A stretch of 52,253 bases of DNA from Planctomycetota bacterium (GTDB lineage: Bacteria > Planctomycetota > UBA11346), in the NCBI GenBank assembly GCA_038213805.1, contig JBBQSO010000032.1, forward strand, positions 1 to 52,253, written 5' to 3'. The notes below the pieces were generated by a model. The model worked only from the letters and a program-made list of their open reading frames with translations, was not told the origin of the DNA and ran no database searches. Below, piece after piece: positions 48,358-52,253 of this stretch. The position numbers and the translations under genes were made by a program. How positions within the stretch are numbered: position 1 is the stretch's first letter; each line of letters begins with the position of its first letter.

Positions 48358-48780
48358 ATGCCGGTCAATGGACTCTTCGGTGGTGTCGACGCCAGCGCCT
48401 CGGCGCTGGGCGCAGAGGCGCTGCGCATGAACGTGGCCTCAGAGAACCTCGCCCATGCGGGCGACACCAGGCACCTCGCCAACGGCCTGCCGTACGCGCG
48501 CCAGCGGGTGAGCTTCAGCGCCCTGCTCGATCACCAGGGCAAGGTCAACGGCCAGGTCGACGCCCGCATCGTGGCGATGCCCCAGTACACCCAGCGCCAC
48601 GAGCCGGGCCATCCCGATGCCGACCCTCAGACCGGCATCGTCACCGAGCCGGACATCAATCCGATCCTTGAACTCACCGACCTGCTGGTCGCGAGCAAGG
48701 CCTACGAGTCCAACGCCAATGCGGCCAAGGGTCTGTTCCACATGCACGAGGCCGCGCTACGCTTGGGCGATGCCTCGTGA
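48358..48780 (+). CDS. flgC: Flagellar basal-body rod protein FlgC
   Basis: SASAL.AE.LRMNV.SENLA, PY.RQ.V.F, PGHPDAD...G.V..PDIN...E..DL..AS.AYE.N. Confidence 0.94.
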   Translation: MPVNGLFGGVDASASALGAEALRMNVASENLAHAGDTRHLANGLPYARQRVSFSALLDHQGKVNGQVDARIVAMPQYTQRHEPGHPDADPQTGIVTEPDINPILELTDLLVASKAYESNANAAKGLFHMHEAALRLGDAS

Positions 48781-48817
48781 TCGTCACATCCGCTTCCACC
48801 GCGCGCGCTGACCAGCC

Positions 48818-49150
48818 ATGAGCAACCCCCTCGATCCCATGCGCGGCCTCTACGGCCAGGCCATCTGCCCGCCGGTCTCCCCGGCGACGGTGAACCAGCC
48901 GGGCGAGGCGGCGCCACGCACGGAGGAGGGCAAGACCTTCAACGACGTGCTCAAGGATTTCGTCAACCAGGTCGACCAGACCCAGCAGAAGTACGACGAC
49001 GCCATCGGCGCCGTCGAGCGCGGCGAGAGCGACAACCTGCACCGCGTCATGCTCGCGCAGGGCCAAGCCCAGCTGTCGTTGAAACTGGCGGTCGAGGTGC
49101 GGAACAAGCTGGTGGACGCGTACAAGGAAGTGATGCGGACGCAGTTCTGA
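48818..49150 (+). CDS. fliE: Flagellar hook-basal body protein FliE
   Basis: F.DVL...V.QV...Q, G...LH.VMLA...A.LSL.L.VEVRNKLVDAYKEVMR.Q. Confidence 0.95.
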   Translation: MSNPLDPMRGLYGQAICPPVSPATVNQPGEAAPRTEEGKTFNDVLKDFVNQVDQTQQKYDDAIGAVERGESDNLHRVMLAQGQAQLSLKLAVEVRNKLVDAYKEVMRTQF

Positions 49151-49173
49151 TTGGTGGGATGGGGTGCTCGTGT

Positions 49174-49374
49174 TGATGGCTGATGGCTGATGGCTGATAG
49201 CTGATAGCGATTTGCTATCGGCTATCTGCCGTTTTTCTCCGTGGGCCATATCCTATCTGTTGCTGTTGCTGTTGCCGTCAGCCGTTAGCCGTTAGCCGTT
49301 AGCCGTTAGCCGTTAGCCGTTAGCCGTCAGCCATCAGCCATCAGCCATCAGCCATCAGCCATCAGCCATCAGCC
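49174..49374. repeat. Fold-back element, TGATGGC/GCCATCA family, copy 2 (compound)
   Basis: (TGATGGC)3(TGATAGC)2 at 49174-49208, (CTGTTG)3 at 49257-49274, and GCCGTCA(GCCGTTA)6GCCGTCA(GCCATCA)6 at 49274-49371. Confidence 0.97.
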
Positions 49375-49422
49375 TTCTCCATATGGTACACCTTGCGCTT
49401 TGCAGTCCCAGGCGAGGCATCC

Positions 49423-51081
49423 ATGTCCAAAATCTGGCAACAACTGGCGACCATCTGGGGACGGCTCGAGATCCCGCAGCGCGCGACCATCGTCCTGGTC
49501 GGCCTCGCCTTCCTGGGCGCGGTGGTGGCGCTGTGGTACGGGGCGACGCGTCCCGACTACCGCATGCTCGCGCAGGGGCTGGACAAGGCGCACATCGCCG
49601 AGATCGCCGCCTACCTGGACTCCACCCATATCTCGTACCAGGTCGCGGACCGCGAGACCACCATCCTGGTGCCGAGCAAGGAGCTCTACCGCCTGCGTAA
49701 CGAGCTCGCCGAGCGCGACATGCTCGGCGACGGCTCCAAGGGCTTCGAACTGCTCGCCAAGAGCAACATGTGGGACACCACCTTCACCGAGCACAAGAAC
49801 TACGATCGGGCGGTCGCTGGCGAACTCGAGCGCAGCTTCCGCGAGCTGCCGGGCGTGCGTTCGGCCCGTGTACTGATCGACCGTCCCCAGCCCAGCCCGT
49901 TCATCGACGCCGACGAAGGCAAGCCGAAGGCCTCGATCAAGCTCGACATGAAGCCGGGCACCCGGCTGTCCGACCGCCAAGTCGCCGGCATCCTGCACCT
50001 GACCGCCGGTGCGATCGCGGGGCTCGGCCCTGAGCGCGTCGAGATCATGGACAACGGCGGCCTGCTCACCCCGGCGGCGGCGAACAGCGGTGCGCAGCTC
50101 GCGCAGACCACCCTTGAGGCGGAGGCAGCGCGCGAGACCTACCTCACGCGCAAGGCCCAGGACCTGCTCGACGCGACCCTTGGACCGGGCCGCAGCTCGG
50201 TCAAGGTCAGCGTCAAGCTCGACTTCACCAAGCGCAGCAGCACCACCACCGATCCGACCACCAAGGTGCTGACGCGCGAGAACACCCGCACCAGCGACGA
50301 GAAGACCCCGGCCGGCGGCAACGGCGGCGTCGCCGGCACCGCGCCCAACGTCGAAGGCGAATCGCGCCCCGCGGGCGCCGTCGCTCAGCTCGCCACCAAG
50401 ACCTCGGAAGAGACGCGCAACGAGTACACCGTCGGCAGCAGCCATACCGTCCAGGAGGACGAGGTCGGCAAGGTGCGCGGCATGACCGTCAGCATCCTGC
50501 TCGACCAGAAGATCACCAAGGGCCCCAAGCTGGACGACAAGGGCCAACCGACCAAGGACGTGGTCGAGAAGCATGAGGACTACAGCGAGGTCGAGAAGAA
50601 GCGCTTCCAGGACCTGGTGCTCGGTGCGATCGGCTTCAACGCCGCCAAGGGCAGCCAGGGCGCGGGCGAGACCCCCGCCATGATTGAGAGCCGCTTCAGC
50701 GTCGCGGTGCAGAGCATGGCGATGTGGCACGAGCCGGTCGAGATGGTCGCGGCCAGCGCCATCCCGCTCGGCCTGGGCGGGAGCATGCTCGACTATATCG
50801 GCTACGGGTTGGTCGGTGTGGTCGCCCTGGGCATGATGTTCATCGCGCGCGGCCAGCTCAAGCGCAGCCACGTGGCCTGGACCCAGGCCGAGGAACGCGG
50901 CCGCCGCGAGGCCGAGGAGGCCGAGAAGCGCCGCCAGGTCGACTCCAAGAAGGAGACGCCCGACACCGCCGCCGACCTTGAGCGCCACCGCCGCACCCTG
51001 CTGCGCGACCAGATCAAGAAGATGGTCAGCGAAGACCCGACCTCTGCTGCGCAGATCATGCGCAAGTGGCTGTACGAGTAG
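49423..51081 (+). CDS. fliF: Flagellar M-ring protein FliF
   Basis: Two TM segments, GFELL, Y.RA..GELER, ARV.I..P..SPF, PKAS, GG..GT..N, and C-terminal P..AA.I.R.WL. Confidence 0.95.
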   Translation: MSKIWQQLATIWGRLEIPQRATIVLVGLAFLGAVVALWYGATRPDYRMLAQGLDKAHIAEIAAYLDSTHISYQVADRETTILVPSKELYRLRNELAERDMLGDGSKGFELLAKSNMWDTTFTEHKNYDRAVAGELERSFRELPGVRSARVLIDRPQPSPFIDADEGKPKASIKLDMKPGTRLSDRQVAGILHLTAGAIAGLGPERVEIMDNGGLLTPAAANSGAQLAQTTLEAEAARETYLTRKAQDLLDATLGPGRSSVKVSVKLDFTKRSSTTTDPTTKVLTRENTRTSDEKTPAGGNGGVAGTAPNVEGESRPAGAVAQLATKTSEETRNEYTVGSSHTVQEDEVGKVRGMTVSILLDQKITKGPKLDDKGQPTKDVVEKHEDYSEVEKKRFQDLVLGAIGFNAAKGSQGAGETPAMIESRFSVAVQSMAMWHEPVEMVAASAIPLGLGGSMLDYIGYGLVGVVALGMMFIARGQLKRSHVAWTQAEERGRREAEEAEKRRQVDSKKETPDTAADLERHRRTLLRDQIKKMVSEDPTSAAQIMRKWLYE

Positions 51082-51111
51082 ACCCACAGAACCCGCGCGA
51101 AGGATCAGCAC

Positions 51112-52143
51112 GTGGCCAAAGCCAAGGACAAGGACAAGGATGCGCCCAAGCCGCCCGGCGGCCGGCGCAAGGCTGCGGCCTTCCTGCTGTCGATCGACAG
51201 CGAGCTGGCGAGCAAGGTCATGCAGCGCATGAGCGAGCGCGACGTCGCGCTGATCTCGGACGAGATGACGCGCATCACCGACATCACCGGCAAGGAGGTC
51301 GAGGACACCCTTACCGAGTACAGCGTCACCGTCGGCGGCGATCGCATCGCGGTCGCGCCGATGGTGCAGGCCATCCTCGAGCGCGCGCTGGGCCGCGAGC
51401 GCGCCAAGGAGATGCTCGAGAAGATCCGCAAGCAGACCCGCGACGCGGAGCCGTTCCGCTCTCTTCAGAGCCTGGACGCGCGCCAGATTTCCTCGCTGTT
51501 GCGCGGCGAGCACCCGCAGGTGCTGGCCATCGTCATCAGCTACCTGCAGCCGGCCATCGCCTCGGAGCTGCTCAAGGGCCTGAGCGACGAGGTGCGCTTC
51601 GACGTGGTCAAGCGCGTCGCCGCCACCGAGGAGATGCCCGCCGAGCTGGTCAGCCAGGTCGACGAGATGCTCGAGGTGCGCGCCTACGCGCTCGGCGACC
51701 AGCAGACCGAATCGGCCGGCCAGGCGCGCTTCAAGACCGTGGCGCAGATGCTCAACATCAGCGAGCCGGGCGTGACCAAGGCGATCATCGACCGCCTCAA
51801 CCGCGAGAGCCCGGCCATCGCCAACGAGATCCAGGCGCTGATGTTCGTCTTCGACGACCTCGCCAAGATCAGCGACAAGGACATGCAGAAGGTCCTCGCC
51901 GAGGTCGACAAGGCCGACCTTGCGCTGGCGCTCAAGGCCGCCGCCCCGGAGCTCGCCGAGAAGCTGCTCAAGAACCTCTCGGCGCGCGCCCGCGACAACA
52001 TCAAGGATGAGATCGACATGCTCGGCCCGAAGCCGCTCAGCGAGGTCGAGGAGGCGCAGAAGCGCATCCTCCAGCAGGTGCGCGCCATGGAGGAGCGCGG
52101 CGACGTGACCATCAACCGCGGTGGCGGCGAGGTGATGGTATGA
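51112..52143 (+). CDS. fliG: Flagellar motor switch protein FliG
   Basis: RKAA.FLLS, EHPQ..A, MFVFDDL, LALALK, N.S.RA, GP..LSEVEEAQ..I...R. Confidence 0.96.
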   Translation: MAKAKDKDKDAPKPPGGRRKAAAFLLSIDSELASKVMQRMSERDVALISDEMTRITDITGKEVEDTLTEYSVTVGGDRIAVAPMVQAILERALGRERAKEMLEKIRKQTRDAEPFRSLQSLDARQISSLLRGEHPQVLAIVISYLQPAIASELLKGLSDEVRFDVVKRVAATEEMPAELVSQVDEMLEVRAYALGDQQTESAGQARFKTVAQMLNISEPGVTKAIIDRLNRESPAIANEIQALMFVFDDLAKISDKDMQKVLAEVDKADLALALKAAAPELAEKLLKNLSARARDNIKDEIDMLGPKPLSEVEEAQKRILQQVRAMEERGDVTINRGGGEVMV

Positions 52144-52151
52144 GCGGGAAG

Positions 52152-52253
52152 GTCCGGGAGTCCGGAAGTCCGGGGGTGCGGTAGTCGACGGCCCCCGCGC
52201 ATCCTGCCGCCACGTCGCGGCACGGGGCTGGCGGGCTTACGGTCTTCCGGACG
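52152..52253. repeat. Fold-back element, GTCCGGAA family, copy 6 (truncated by window end)
   Basis: GTCCGGGA GTCCGGAA GTCCGGGG GTGCGGTA GTCG at 52152-52187. First unit of the right arm, CTTCCGGAC, at 52244-52252. Confidence 0.8.

Noticed and set aside
49384..49398. Second sigma54-like motif TGGTACACCTTGCGC before fliF
   Set aside because: The GG-N10-GC spacing fits, but the -12 context is weak and the motif cannot be told from chance.

Overview
Very GC-rich bacterial chromosomal segment, most likely from Planctomycetota or the wider PVC group (DUF1549/DUF1553, DUF1501, planctomycete cytochrome c, BamD-LptE pair, flagellar genes). About 40 CDS. Housekeeping genes: priA, dapD, lhr, rpiB, tig, two PTS IIA, a TrmH-family methylase, fabH plus 2-oxoacid dehydrogenase E1a/E1b/E2, gltX, mltA, lptE/bamD, and flgB-flgC-fliE-fliF-fliG. 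Accessory genes: a BrnT/BrnA toxin-antitoxin pair, a secreted clan GH-A hydrolase, a periplasmic heme/copper redox cluster, and a Ser/Thr kinase with REC/Hpt proteins. No rRNA, tRNA, CRISPR, transposase or integrase was seen. The most striking signal is non-coding. At least 12 intergenic regions carry a fold-back element: two short-unit (7-8 nt) tandem arrays or short TIRs in inverted orientation, bracketing a unique spacer of about 0-170 bp. Several unrelated unit sequences are used: GTCCGGAA (6 loci), TGATGGC (2), AGACCCT, GTGCGGA and CGCRGAGR-like TIRs. The elements usually abut or even supply stop codons, and sometimes enclose the gene's own terminator. Family assignments come from motif recognition by eye, not from database searches.
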